Below, in pieces: positions 46,515-55,704 of a stretch of DNA of 64,000 nucleotides. Every line of letters begins with the position of its first letter. Position 1 is the stretch's first letter. Both the position numbers and the translations under genes were made by a program. The DNA comes from Acidimicrobiia bacterium (GTDB lineage Bacteria > Actinomycetota > Acidimicrobiia > Acidimicrobiales > SZUA-35). The notes below the pieces were generated by a model. It did not search any database. It was not told where the DNA came from and saw only the letters and a program-made list of their open reading frames with translations. The stretch spans positions 19 through 64,018 of the forward strand of contig JAOTVU010000002.1 of assembly GCA_029863385.1 (NCBI GenBank). The letters run 5' to 3'.

Positions 46515-48122
46515 CTACTGGTAGCTGACGTAGACCGGTTGGGGGTCGACGGCGAGGGTTTGGGCGGGGGTGGCCATCGGGGCGTCCTCGTCGTAGAAGT
46601 TCTTCCAACCCCAGCGCCAGTGGCCGTCCTCCGTCCCACGGACCAGCGCGGCAAGTGTGCCGTACTTGGTGCCGAGCGGACCCTGGCCGTCCATCTGGAT
46701 CACGACCGACAGCTCCGGCCTCTCCTCGATGGCGGATCGGTTGGTCACCATCGACAGGTTGAACTGGTGGATCAGCAGCATCTTCTGGGGCAGGGCGTGT
46801 TGACGCACCAGGTCGGCCAGCCAGGCCGACACCTCGTTGATCTCGGCGGCGTCGACCGAACCGAGCTGGCGGAGGTGCCGCTGATCAGGGGCGAGTCGCC
46901 ACTCGGGGTCGAGGGCCAAGCCGACGTGGGGCTGGGTCAGCAACTCCTCATACCGTTTGGCCTGGGTCAGGAAGTCGGTGCGACCGGGTTGGAGATCGAG
47001 CAGCACGTAGACGCCGTTCTCCGCCGCGTGGTCGACGTAGGGACGGAGAGCGGCCACCGGGGTCTCGTTGGAGTAGTCGCCGTCGTCGCCGGCATCGGCG
47101 GCGGCGACGGTGGCGATCAACTCGAAGGTGGGGACCACAACGACCCCGTCATCGGTCTGATACTCGGTGAGCAGGGGTTGCATGCGGTCGAGGGTGGCCG
47201 CCGGATCCTGCTCGCCCAGCACGCCGAGCAGCGACGTGCCGGGCGCTCCGTAGAACGCGATGTAGCGTTTGTCCGGCCCGATCGTCAGGCCTCCCCCCGG
47301 CAATTCGGTCCCCGACCGGAGCGCCCCGAGCTGCCAGACGTCGGTGGCGGAGAACGAGCCGATGAGCTGCATTGATTCGGCCGCCCGCAGCCGGTCGACG
47401 ACCTCAGCGGCGATCTCGAACCAGTCGGGCGCCGTTGTCGACCCGGCCCGCGCGCCGAGTTCGACCACCGCGGCCCGGGCACGGGTGGCGGCCGGTGCCA
47501 GAAGGGCGGCCAGGTCCGGATCGGCCCCGTCGAGCGACCACAACACCGAGCCGTCGCCGTCAGGTGGAATCGGTGGCTGGGCCATGGGGTCGGCGGGTTG
47601 TTCGGTGAACTCCCAATCGCCGGTCAACGTCGCCGAGGTCGCCGGAGGGGCGCCGACGAGGAGTACCTCCTCGGGGGCGAGGCGGTTGAGTTCCGCCAGG
47701 AGCTGCGGATCGGGTTCGTCACCGGCCAGGAGGTACACAGCGTCGCTGTCGATCGCCGCCTGAGCGGCGGTCCAGCGGGCGGCCGGGTCGGTCCCGGCGA
47801 GCACCACCCGATCGGCGCAGGTGTTCAGCCGTCGACTGAGCTCGATCACGATCGTCGCCGGATCGGTGGCCGCGATGGGTTCGGTCGAGGTCGGAGGCTG
47901 GGGCGAGCAGTCCCTCGGCACTTCCGTCGAGCTGATGACGTTGCCGTCGGCTGCGTCGGCATCGGTCGAGTCGGCGGCCCCGAGCAGGGCCGACACGATG
48001 TCGTCGCCGTAGGCGACGGCCAGTATCGTCAGCGCTCCCGCCGACACCGACAACGCCAGTGCGAGCGCGACGAACCGAAACAGCGAACGGGTTCGCCCTC
48101 GGTTTTGTGTTCGCGCGACCAA
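46515..48122 (-). CDS. secreted/membrane-anchored hypothetical protein
   Basis: N-terminal anchor FRFVALALALSVSAGALTILAV. The C-terminal ~280 aa (YVLLDLQPGRTDFL...LIHQF...WGWKNFYDED...VYVSYQ) looks like a conserved actinobacterial extracellular domain, possibly a glycoside-hydrolase-like barrel. Function not recognised. Confidence 0.6.
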   Translation of the reverse strand: MVARTQNRGRTRSLFRFVALALALSVSAGALTILAVAYGDDIVSALLGAADSTDADAADGNVISSTEVPRDCSPQPPTSTEPIAATDPATIVIELSRRLNTCADRVVLAGTDPAARWTAAQAAIDSDAVYLLAGDEPDPQLLAELNRLAPEEVLLVGAPPATSATLTGDWEFTEQPADPMAQPPIPPDGDGSVLWSLDGADPDLAALLAPAATRARAAVVELGARAGSTTAPDWFEIAAEVVDRLRAAESMQLIGSFSATDVWQLGALRSGTELPGGGLTIGPDKRYIAFYGAPGTSLLGVLGEQDPAATLDRMQPLLTEYQTDDGVVVVPTFELIATVAAADAGDDGDYSNETPVAALRPYVDHAAENGVYVLLDLQPGRTDFLTQAKRYEELLTQPHVGLALDPEWRLAPDQRHLRQLGSVDAAEINEVSAWLADLVRQHALPQKMLLIHQFNLSMVTNRSAIEERPELSVVIQMDGQGPLGTKYGTLAALVRGTEDGHWRWGWKNFYDEDAPMATPAQTLAVDPQPVYVSYQ

Positions 48123-48246
48123 AGATTTCCTCCGCCAATGGATCCGAAGACGTCGCGACCCGCCTTGTCAGCCGAACCCTAGCAGTCCGGGTCGCAACCG
48201 CGCGGTCGCCCGAGAAGTCGCCACAAGGTTGGACGAATCCGCTCGT

Positions 48247-49644
48247 CTACGAATCAGTGCCCAGGGACGCGACGAGCTCCGACGCCGTCGCGCCGGGTGT
48301 GCCGGCCGCCGCCCGGATCGCTGCTGCGGCCGCCGGTGGATCGGGAAACAGGCCGCCGGTCACCCGGGCGAACTTGGCGTCGATCTGCGAAGCGGTCAGC
48401 GGTGCGTGCATCGAGCCGATCTGGCCGTGCACGGTCCGTTCCCGGACCGAGCCGTCGTCGAGGGTGATCCGAACCCGTCCGCCCATCTTCCAGGCGTAGG
48501 TGGCGTCGAACTCGGGGTGGGCGGTGACGCCGACCACCTTCGACTGAAGGGCTGCGATGGCCGGGTCGATGATGCGGTCCGGGGCGTAGGTGGCCGGGTC
48601 GCCGGGATCGGTGACGAGGGCCGCCGCGATGTTCCACTGGGCCGAGTACTGGGCGGCCATGACCGAGGTCGTGCCGTCGAGACTGTTCTGCTCGGCTGCC
48701 TTGGTCGGACCCTCGGCCTCGATCTTCGTGATGCGATCGACCGGGAGGCTGTCGGGCCCCGTTTCGTGGCGCAACTCGGTCGCGGCCTGGATCATGGGGT
48801 GGATGTCGCTGCATGCGGCGTAGGGCTTGACGGTGATCTCGTCGATCATCCATCGTTCACCCAGACTCTTGGTCAGCAACTCGACCCGGGGGGCGTCGGT
48901 GAAGACCCGGCAGAACCCGTACCGGCCGGCCAATCCGTCGTTTGCACCCTCGAACCCACCGACCGCCAGCAGCGCCGCGGTCACACCGCCCTCGGCGGCT
49001 CGCCCGGCATGCACCCGCTTGGCCATGCCACCGGACGCGGCGAACTCCATCGTGCCCGACGCGAACGTGGTCGCGATCCCGAACGCGTGGTTGAGGAGCG
49101 CTGCGTCGAACCCGAGGAGCCGTCCCGCTGCGGCGGCCGCGCCGAAGACACCTGACATCGACGTCGGGTGGAAGCCACCCAGCATGTGAGCGGCCGGACC
49201 GACGGCGATTCCCGCCCGTCCCATCGCCTCGTAGCCGATGACGATGGCCTCCAGTACATCGGCCGCCGTGGCATCGACCGATTGACCGACCGCCAACGCC
49301 GCCGGGACCACCACCGCTCCGGGATGGCTGATGGCCTCCTCGTGCACGTCGTCGAGTTCGAACGCATGGGCGGAGGCTCCGTTGGCGAGCGCGGCCATGG
49401 CGGGGGTGGTCGACGCCGCCGGATCGGATCCGACCACGGTGCACGGTCCGTCGGCGCCGGTGGCCAGGGCGTGACCGATCACCGCCTGCGACCACGGTTG
49501 CTGTGAACCGAACACGATGCAGCCGAGCGTGTCGACCAGATAGTCGGTGGCCGAAGCGGTGAGCCGGCCGTCGATGACGCCGGCAAGGCCGGTCAGGAAC
49601 TCGGCCAGTTCCCGGGAGGCCGTCGTCGCAGGGCTTTCAGGCAT
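48247..49644 (-). CDS. MmgE/PrpD family protein (2-methylcitrate dehydratase-like)
   Basis: 465 aa with the typical MmgE/PrpD N-terminus (ELAEFLTGL...DTLGCIVFG) and length. Overlaps the upstream Rieske gene by 8 nt. Confidence 0.8.
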   Translation of the reverse strand: MPESPATTASRELAEFLTGLAGVIDGRLTASATDYLVDTLGCIVFGSQQPWSQAVIGHALATGADGPCTVVGSDPAASTTPAMAALANGASAHAFELDDVHEEAISHPGAVVVPAALAVGQSVDATAADVLEAIVIGYEAMGRAGIAVGPAAHMLGGFHPTSMSGVFGAAAAAGRLLGFDAALLNHAFGIATTFASGTMEFAASGGMAKRVHAGRAAEGGVTAALLAVGGFEGANDGLAGRYGFCRVFTDAPRVELLTKSLGERWMIDEITVKPYAACSDIHPMIQAATELRHETGPDSLPVDRITKIEAEGPTKAAEQNSLDGTTSVMAAQYSAQWNIAAALVTDPGDPATYAPDRIIDPAIAALQSKVVGVTAHPEFDATYAWKMGGRVRITLDDGSVRERTVHGQIGSMHAPLTASQIDAKFARVTGGLFPDPPAAAAAIRAAAGTPGATASELVASLGTDS

Positions 49645-50713
49645 CGCCGAGTGCGGCCAAGGCCAGCGCCTGCAGATGGGGGACGGCGTTCTCGTGGTGG
49701 ACGTCGGCGGTACCGCTCGGATCGACGACGAGCGGCCCCGGTCGGTAGCCCCGACTCGACATGTTGTGCTGCACCGACTCCATCAGGTCGAAGTCCTCGG
49801 CCACCGTCGTCGTCCAGTCGAGTTCGATCGCTTTGCGTTGCTCATCGGTCGGCTCGGGTTGGTCGAACCACCACTCCCGGATCAACAGAGTGCGATCGAC
49901 CGCCAGCGGCACCCAGCGAAACGTGTTGAGGATCCGGCCCGGGTAGCACTGGATCGACGACACCGGCCACACGAAGAACGATCCATAGCCCGTGTCGTCC
50001 TCGTCGAGTTCATAGGGGCGACGGTCCGGCGGCGCCGCGGAGGCGGTGTGCCAGATCGTCTGCCCCTTCGGGGTGATGAGAAAGGTCTTCGGGTCGATCA
50101 CCCCGGTGGTGAACGAGCGGTGCACGTTGGGGCAGTGGTAACACTCGTTGTAGTTCTCGATCGCCAGTTTCCAGTTGGCGTTGAACTCATGCGTCAGGCG
50201 GGCCGTCAGCACCCGCTGCGGGGCCGCCGGGGCCAGGTCCAAGAGCGCCGCCTCGACCTCCGGGGCGGTGTCGGCCAGCGAGGCGGCGTCGGGATCAAGA
50301 TTCACGAAGACATACCCGGCGAGGATGTCGACCCGTACCTGCGGAACGCAGATGTCGCCGAGTGCGGAGGCCGGCAGACGCCGGGCCTTGAGGAGCCGTC
50401 CCGACAGGTCGTAGAGCCAGGCGTGATAGGGACACGAGATGTCGTCCATCGTGGCCCGATCCTCCAGAACCAGTTGGTGGCCCCGGTGCTGGCAGACGTT
50501 GTAGAAGGCGGTCAGCCCGGTGCCGTCGTTGGCCACCACGATCCGTTCCCGACCGACGGTGGCCGTGATCAGATCTCCTGCCCCGGCCAGTTGGGAGATG
50601 TGGCCGACCATCTGCCAGGTCCGGGCGAACACCACGTCGAGTTCGGTTTCGAAGATCGCCGGGTCGGTGTAGTAGCGACCGTCGATCGCCCGCCTGCCGG
50701 TCTCCGTCGTCAT
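49637..50713 (-). CDS. Rieske [2Fe-2S] non-heme-iron oxygenase, alpha subunit-like
   Basis: Start at ATG 50713 (ATGA overlap with the upstream gene). Rieske motifs CQHRGHQL...CPYHAW. The C-terminal catalytic domain has NYNECYHCPNVH. Confidence 0.85.
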   Translation of the reverse strand: MTTETGRRAIDGRYYTDPAIFETELDVVFARTWQMVGHISQLAGAGDLITATVGRERIVVANDGTGLTAFYNVCQHRGHQLVLEDRATMDDISCPYHAWLYDLSGRLLKARRLPASALGDICVPQVRVDILAGYVFVNLDPDAASLADTAPEVEAALLDLAPAAPQRVLTARLTHEFNANWKLAIENYNECYHCPNVHRSFTTGVIDPKTFLITPKGQTIWHTASAAPPDRRPYELDEDDTGYGSFFVWPVSSIQCYPGRILNTFRWVPLAVDRTLLIREWWFDQPEPTDEQRKAIELDWTTTVAEDFDLMESVQHNMSSRGYRPGPLVVDPSGTADVHHENAVPHLQALALAALGDA

Positions 50714-51834
50714 GGCAGGATGGCCAGTGCGGCCACCAGCTGATCCATCTTCTCCTTCACGTTGACGTCGCAGCGAAGGAAACGTTTGTCGAGACCCCGG
50801 AACGAGATCGAGCCGTCCTTGACGATCACGCCCCGCTCCAGGAGTCCCTCGAAGACCTTGGTCGAATCGGTGTCGAGGTCGAGGATCTCGACGAGGAAGA
50901 AGTTGGATCGGCTGTCGGGAACCATGCGGAAGCGGTCGAGGCCGGTCGCACCATCCTCGAACCGATCCTGCACATAGGCCCGGGAGGCGACGATGGTGTC
51001 GACGGTCCGGTTCACGTGCTCGTCGTCGTCCAATGCGGCAACCCCACCGGCGATCTGGAGCTGGCCCATGTTCCACGTCGTCTTGACGGCAAGCAGGGCG
51101 TCGATGACCGGCTTCGGCGCAACCCCGAAGCCGATCCGCAGCCCGGCCAACCCGAACGCCTTCGAGAAGGTGCGGAGCACGGTGAGGTGCTCGTAGTCGC
51201 GGGCCAGGTGGATGTAGCCGGCGGTATCGGAGTAGTGGACGTAGGCCTCGTCGAGGACAACGAGCGCGTGGGGTGCGGCCTCGACGATGCGGCGGACGTC
51301 GGCTTCGGTCATCCAGGTTCCCGACGGACTGTGGGGGTTGGTGATGAACACGATTCGGGTGTCGTCGGTGATGTGTTCGATGTAGCCGTCGACGTCCATC
51401 GCCATCGTGGTCCGATCGGTCGCCGCCTGGGCCAGAACCGGGACCCGACCTTCGGCCTCGGCGAACAGGTGGTAGATCGGGAAACACGGACCGGGCATCA
51501 GGATACGACCGCCCGGTTCGCAGAACGCCCGGATGATGAGCGAGATGATCTCGGTCTCTCCCGCACCACACACCACCTGCTCGGGGCTGTAGCCGTAGAC
51601 CTCGGCGACCTTTTCCCGGAGCGGCTCGGCGGTCCAGGTCGGGTAGAGGTGGAGGCGGTCCATGGCGTCGGCGACGGCGGCCTTGGCCTTCGGTGAGGCA
51701 CCAAAGGGGTTTTCAGCCGAGCCGAGCTTGGCGATTTGATCGGGATCGATGCCGTAACGTTGCGCCACGTAGTCGGTCGGCAGGCCGGGGACGTAGTACT
51801 CGGGATGGGCGAGTCCGGGGTGGGCGTACTGCAT
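50710..51834 (-). CDS. class-II aminotransferase, histidinol-phosphate aminotransferase-like
   Basis: LGSAENPFGASP, VCGAGETEIISL, NPHSPSGT, LRTFSKAFGLAGLRIG (PLP Lys). Confidence 0.85.
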   Translation of the reverse strand: MQYAHPGLAHPEYYVPGLPTDYVAQRYGIDPDQIAKLGSAENPFGASPKAKAAVADAMDRLHLYPTWTAEPLREKVAEVYGYSPEQVVCGAGETEIISLIIRAFCEPGGRILMPGPCFPIYHLFAEAEGRVPVLAQAATDRTTMAMDVDGYIEHITDDTRIVFITNPHSPSGTWMTEADVRRIVEAAPHALVVLDEAYVHYSDTAGYIHLARDYEHLTVLRTFSKAFGLAGLRIGFGVAPKPVIDALLAVKTTWNMGQLQIAGGVAALDDDEHVNRTVDTIVASRAYVQDRFEDGATGLDRFRMVPDSRSNFFLVEILDLDTDSTKVFEGLLERGVIVKDGSISFRGLDKRFLRCDVNVKEKMDQLVAALAILP

Positions 51835-51900
51835 GGGGTCGGCTCCTCAGGCGTGGTTCCGTTGTCGTTCGGTTGTGGTTCGGTTGTGATTCGGGCAGGT

Positions 51901-52812
51901 TCAGTCGTGGTAGATGCCGGCGGCCCGGCGGTTGTTGTGGAAGGTGTCGATGGCGGTGGCCACGTCGCCGGGCGACTCGGCCACGACGAAGGCCAGGAGC
52001 GTTTCGAGCAGAGCGGTGGCGGCGATGTTCGAGGAGAAGGGGAGTGGGGAGTCGTTGGGAATGACGAAGGCGTGCGTGGCCACCGGCACCAACGGTGAGC
52101 CGTGGCTGTCGGTGACGGCGATGATCGGGACGCCCCGCCGGTCGGCCAGCTTGACCGCCTCGACGATCTCGGTCCGGTAGGGACTGAAGGTCATGGCCAC
52201 GAGCACGTCGTCGGGGTTCATGCGGGCCACGTCGTCGATGGCCAGGCCGACGTTCGGTATGGCCGCCACGTTCCCGACCGCCATCGAGGCCACATAGGCG
52301 AAGTTGTCGGCCAGTGTCTTGGCCGTGCCGACCCCGAGGATGTTGGCTCGACGGGCGCCGTCGATCAGGTCGGCCGCCGCCTTGAGGTCGTCGGCGTCGA
52401 CGGTGGCGAACAACGCCTCGACGTTGGCCATCGCCGCGCCGGCCATGTCGGCCACCAGCGACCAGTGACTGCCGCCCTGGCTGATCGTCTGCAGGAATCG
52501 GGCCCGATCGGGGAACGACAGCGTGCCCTCGGCGGCGTACTGGCGGAACGGCTCGCGGAAATCCTCGTAGCCGTCGAACCCGACCGCGCGGGCCATCCGT
52601 ACCAGCGTGTTGGGTTTGACCCCGGCGGCGTCGGCCAGTGTTCGCATCGAGTTGACGGCGATCTCCCCCGGATTGTCGAGCACGTAGGTGGCGGCCCGCT
52701 CGACCTGGGGGGAGAGCTGATCGAGCGCGGCGGCCAGCGCGCTGAGAATGGCGTTGGGCCCATCGGGTGGGATGCCGGTCTTGCCGTTTCCGGTCGCCGC
52801 GTTGCCGGTCAT
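51901..52812 (-). CDS. MurR/RpiR family transcriptional regulator (HTH + SIS domain)
   Basis: Start at ATG 52812 (ATGA overlap with the M24 gene). HTH_6-like VNSMRTLADAAGVKPNTLVRMARAVGFDGYEDF. SIS domain ILGVGTAK...VAMTFSPYRTEIV. Confidence 0.85.
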   Translation of the reverse strand: MTGNAATGNGKTGIPPDGPNAILSALAAALDQLSPQVERAATYVLDNPGEIAVNSMRTLADAAGVKPNTLVRMARAVGFDGYEDFREPFRQYAAEGTLSFPDRARFLQTISQGGSHWSLVADMAGAAMANVEALFATVDADDLKAAADLIDGARRANILGVGTAKTLADNFAYVASMAVGNVAAIPNVGLAIDDVARMNPDDVLVAMTFSPYRTEIVEAVKLADRRGVPIIAVTDSHGSPLVPVATHAFVIPNDSPLPFSSNIAATALLETLLAFVVAESPGDVATAIDTFHNNRRAAGIYHD

Positions 52813-53999
52813 GACAGCAGGTCCTCCTCGAACGGGTACGACGACAGTCGCTCCGCCCCGGTGGTGGTGATCAGATACATGTCCTCCAGCTTGACGCCGG
52901 GCCCGCCGTGTTCCGAACCGACGAAGCTCTCCACCGAGATCACCGCGCCGGGCACGAGCTCGCCGTCGTAGCCGAGTTGTTCCCAGTCCTGGCGGTAGGC
53001 GATGCGGGGGTACTCGTCGGTCATCCCGACGCCGTGGGCGATACAGGCGTAGCGGTTGGCCACGAATTCGTCGGGTTGGCGGAAGGCCTTGTCGCTGAGT
53101 TCTCTGAAGGTGCGGCCCGGGCCGAGCAGCTGGGCGTTGTGGGTGATCTCGGCGTGTGCTCGCTGATAGCGATCCTTCACCATGGCCATGGAGCTCTCGG
53201 AGCGATCCACCGTTCTGGGGTTCCCCCGTCCCAGTTGCGGGGTCGGGGAACCCTGGAACGGGCCGTCGGCGGGGATCGGCCACGTACGGGAGATGTCGGC
53301 GCCGTAGCCGAACGGGCCGACCATGTCGGTGTCGACGGCCAGCAGGTCACCGGTCTCCATGCGCCGAGCCGAGGCCTCCTGGTACCAGGGGTTGGTGCGG
53401 GGTCCGCTGCACAGCATGCGGCCCTCGATCCAGTCGCCGTCGTTGGCGATGTTGGTCTGATGCAGCACGGCGAACACCTCGTTCTCGGTCACCCCCGGTC
53501 GGGCCGCCGCCCGCATGACGTCGAGGGCGGCCTCGGCGACGGCGATCGAGTGGCGGATGCAGACGAGTTCCCCGGTCGATTTCACGTACTTGGCCTGCTC
53601 CACGAGCGGAGCGGCGTCGACCACGATGAGCCCGGCCCGCTCCAGCGCCTGTACGGCGCTGGGGCTCATGGCCTCGACCGCCACCCGCATCGTGCCACCG
53701 GCCACTCGCCGCCGGACGTCGTGGGCAAACCGCCTGGCCCGTTCGGCCAGGTCCGCATCCGCCACGCCGCCGTCGAACACGTTGAGCCCGTGCGTCGGTC
53801 CGAACTCGTCGACAACGGGATGAACGGTGGCGTACGCGCCGTACAACATCAATGGCCCGTCGATCGGCACGAACAAGGTGTAGGTCTGGAGGTGGGACTG
53901 GAAGGTCTGATACTCCCGCCAGTCGGCGACGTACCGGAGGCTGACCGGATTGGTCAATACCGCCAGCGCCACGTCTCGGGCCGCCATCTGCTCCCGCAC
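52809..53999 (-). CDS. M24 family metallopeptidase/hydrolase (creatinase / Xaa-Pro peptidase-like)
   Basis: Creatinase-like N-domain plus a pita-bread domain (LLAVDTDMVGPFGYGADISRTW..., CIAHGVGM, VISVESF). The first canonical start is GTG 53999, but homologous-looking sequence (IDLEALRTYRLRR) continues upstream in frame. See findings. Confidence 0.8.
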   Translation of the reverse strand: MREQMAARDVALAVLTNPVSLRYVADWREYQTFQSHLQTYTLFVPIDGPLMLYGAYATVHPVVDEFGPTHGLNVFDGGVADADLAERARRFAHDVRRRVAGGTMRVAVEAMSPSAVQALERAGLIVVDAAPLVEQAKYVKSTGELVCIRHSIAVAEAALDVMRAAARPGVTENEVFAVLHQTNIANDGDWIEGRMLCSGPRTNPWYQEASARRMETGDLLAVDTDMVGPFGYGADISRTWPIPADGPFQGSPTPQLGRGNPRTVDRSESSMAMVKDRYQRAHAEITHNAQLLGPGRTFRELSDKAFRQPDEFVANRYACIAHGVGMTDEYPRIAYRQDWEQLGYDGELVPGAVISVESFVGSEHGGPGVKLEDMYLITTTGAERLSSYPFEEDLLS

Positions 54000-54033
54000 C
54001 CGCCGCAGCCGGTAGGTGCGTAGCGCCTCGAGA

Positions 54034-54516
54034 TCAATCTCCGGAGGTTCGAGGACAGGGACCTGATGAATGGTTCAACTGTACCAAATCAGATACAGAT
54101 TGGTACAGTCGTGTCTTGACAGGGGCGGCCCGTCTAGGCGGTGGTCTCGGCCGATGAACGTGAGGCGGGTTGGCCGATGGCGGCCCCCGGCGAAGCTCCC
54201 AGGCCATGACGCCGATCAGGCCGATGAGGAGCGTGACCCCGACTCGGAACACCCCGGTCTCGCTGGCCGTGGTGTGTTGGGCCGCCTGGAAGAACAGGAT
54301 CAACGAGGCGAGCTGGCAGATGACCAGTGGGAACCCGAACAGCAGGGGAGTGGCGGCGAGATGGATGACAATCCAGAAGGCACTCACGTGTTCGAGGTAC
54401 TGAGCGCCGTCGTCGTACAGCTCGGTGCTCCCGAACGGATGAATACCGAGGATGACCGGCGACGAGTCCCTGAACTCCACGATAGTCAACAGCGACGGTT
54501 GCTTCGAGCGCGTCAA
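54034..54516 (-). CDS. possible small membrane protein (uncertain)
   Basis: TTG-initiated 160-aa ORF. Residues ~45-115 form hydrophobic segments with high GC3. The 3-prime tail is low-GC, has poor codon bias and runs across the conserved operator at 54070..54113, so the true end or the reality of the gene is doubtful. Confidence 0.35.
   Translation of the reverse strand: MTRSKQPSLLTIVEFRDSSPVILGIHPFGSTELYDDGAQYLEHVSAFWIVIHLAATPLLFGFPLVICQLASLILFFQAAQHTTASETGVFRVGVTLLIGLIGVMAWELRRGPPSANPPHVHRPRPPPRRAAPVKTRLYQSVSDLVQLNHSSGPCPRTSGD
54070..54113. promoter_or_regulatory. operator block, copy 1: ATGGTTCA-AC-TGTACCA-N14-TGGTACA-GTCGTG
   Basis: Perfect 7-bp inverted repeat TGTACCA (54080..54086) / TGGTACA (54101..54107) with a 14-nt AT-rich spacer. 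The same architecture and flanks recur at 58616..58659. Confidence 0.5.
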
Positions 54517-54550
54517 GCAGAGGGGCTAGGCTCGGTGCGGTGACGCCGAC

Positions 54551-55684
54551 ATGACCGCCAACCCGACCGAGCCCCGCCCGTTCCGGTTCTACGACAACCG
54601 CCAGAAGTACCTGACGTTCGTCACCACCTGCGACGAGAAGTGGCAGGTGGCGGAGCGGGCCCGACGGGAACTCGACGGCCTTCGACCCCAGCCGCCGGCC
54701 TTCCGCCTGTTCGACGCCGGCATCGGCGACGGGACGGTGCTGGCCAACTTGTTGAGGGCGATGCACCAGCGGTTTCCCACCATCCCGTTCTTCGTCGCCG
54801 GCAAGGAGATCAGCCTCGAGGACATCCGCCTCACCCTCGACAAACTCCCCGATCGTCTCGTCGAACACCCGCAAACCGTGATCGCGCTCACCAACCTGCA
54901 CTACAACGAAGCTCCCGTGCTGTGGCCGAACACCACCGAGAAGCAGGAATCCCTCGTCTTCCGTCACATCGAACTCACTGGCACCGGTTCCCACGAGTTC
55001 GGTGACCAGCTTCGCAACCTCCACGACTTCCTGACCGAGAACTGGCAGGTACGGCCCAGCGAAAAGACCGGCAATCCGCTCTATGTCACCCCGACGGTGC
55101 TGGTCATCCATCGCACCGACCAACGGTTCGCGCTCGACGCCGTCATCCCCCGGCCCGGTGAACCCCGGGCCGAGTACGACCTCGTGATCGCCTCGCAACC
55201 CTGGCGGTCACGGGTCGAGGCCGAGTTCAAGGTCAAACGCATCCTGGCCCCGCTGAGCGGCAGCCTTCGCAGCCACGGGGTACTGCTCGGCATCCAGTCG
55301 ATGGGCCACGACCCGGGACTCGAGATCATCCACGAGATCTGGCCCGACGAGGATCCGTTCCCCGTCGACCGCCACGAGCTGATCAGTGCCCTCCGCGCCG
55401 AACTCGGCGACGAGGTTCGTGACTACGACCTGATGGCGCTTCCCGACGCTCAGTCCCAACTCCGGTACTCCATGCACACCCTGCCGACCGAGATCGGCAA
55501 CATCATCGGAACATCCACGTTGTTCGCGGCCTGGAACGCCGCCATCTACGTGGCCCAGATCGAGGACGAACGGGTCGAGAAGGTGGCCATCAGCGGCGAC
55601 TACCTCGACGCCACCACCGCCGTGCTCCAGCGCCACGGCGGACTGTGGTTCAACGACGAGACGTTCGTGGTCCGGCGCCATTGA
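54551..55684 (+). CDS. hypothetical protein with a class-I SAM-methyltransferase-like glycine motif
   Basis: 377 aa with high GC3. FRLFDAGIGDGTVL resembles methyltransferase motif I. Otherwise not recognised. Confidence 0.55.
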   Translation: MTANPTEPRPFRFYDNRQKYLTFVTTCDEKWQVAERARRELDGLRPQPPAFRLFDAGIGDGTVLANLLRAMHQRFPTIPFFVAGKEISLEDIRLTLDKLPDRLVEHPQTVIALTNLHYNEAPVLWPNTTEKQESLVFRHIELTGTGSHEFGDQLRNLHDFLTENWQVRPSEKTGNPLYVTPTVLVIHRTDQRFALDAVIPRPGEPRAEYDLVIASQPWRSRVEAEFKVKRILAPLSGSLRSHGVLLGIQSMGHDPGLEIIHEIWPDEDPFPVDRHELISALRAELGDEVRDYDLMALPDAQSQLRYSMHTLPTEIGNIIGTSTLFAAWNAAIYVAQIEDERVEKVAISGDYLDATTAVLQRHGGLWFNDETFVVRRH

Positions 55685-55704
55685 CGGATCCCGGGGGCTC
55701 GCCG

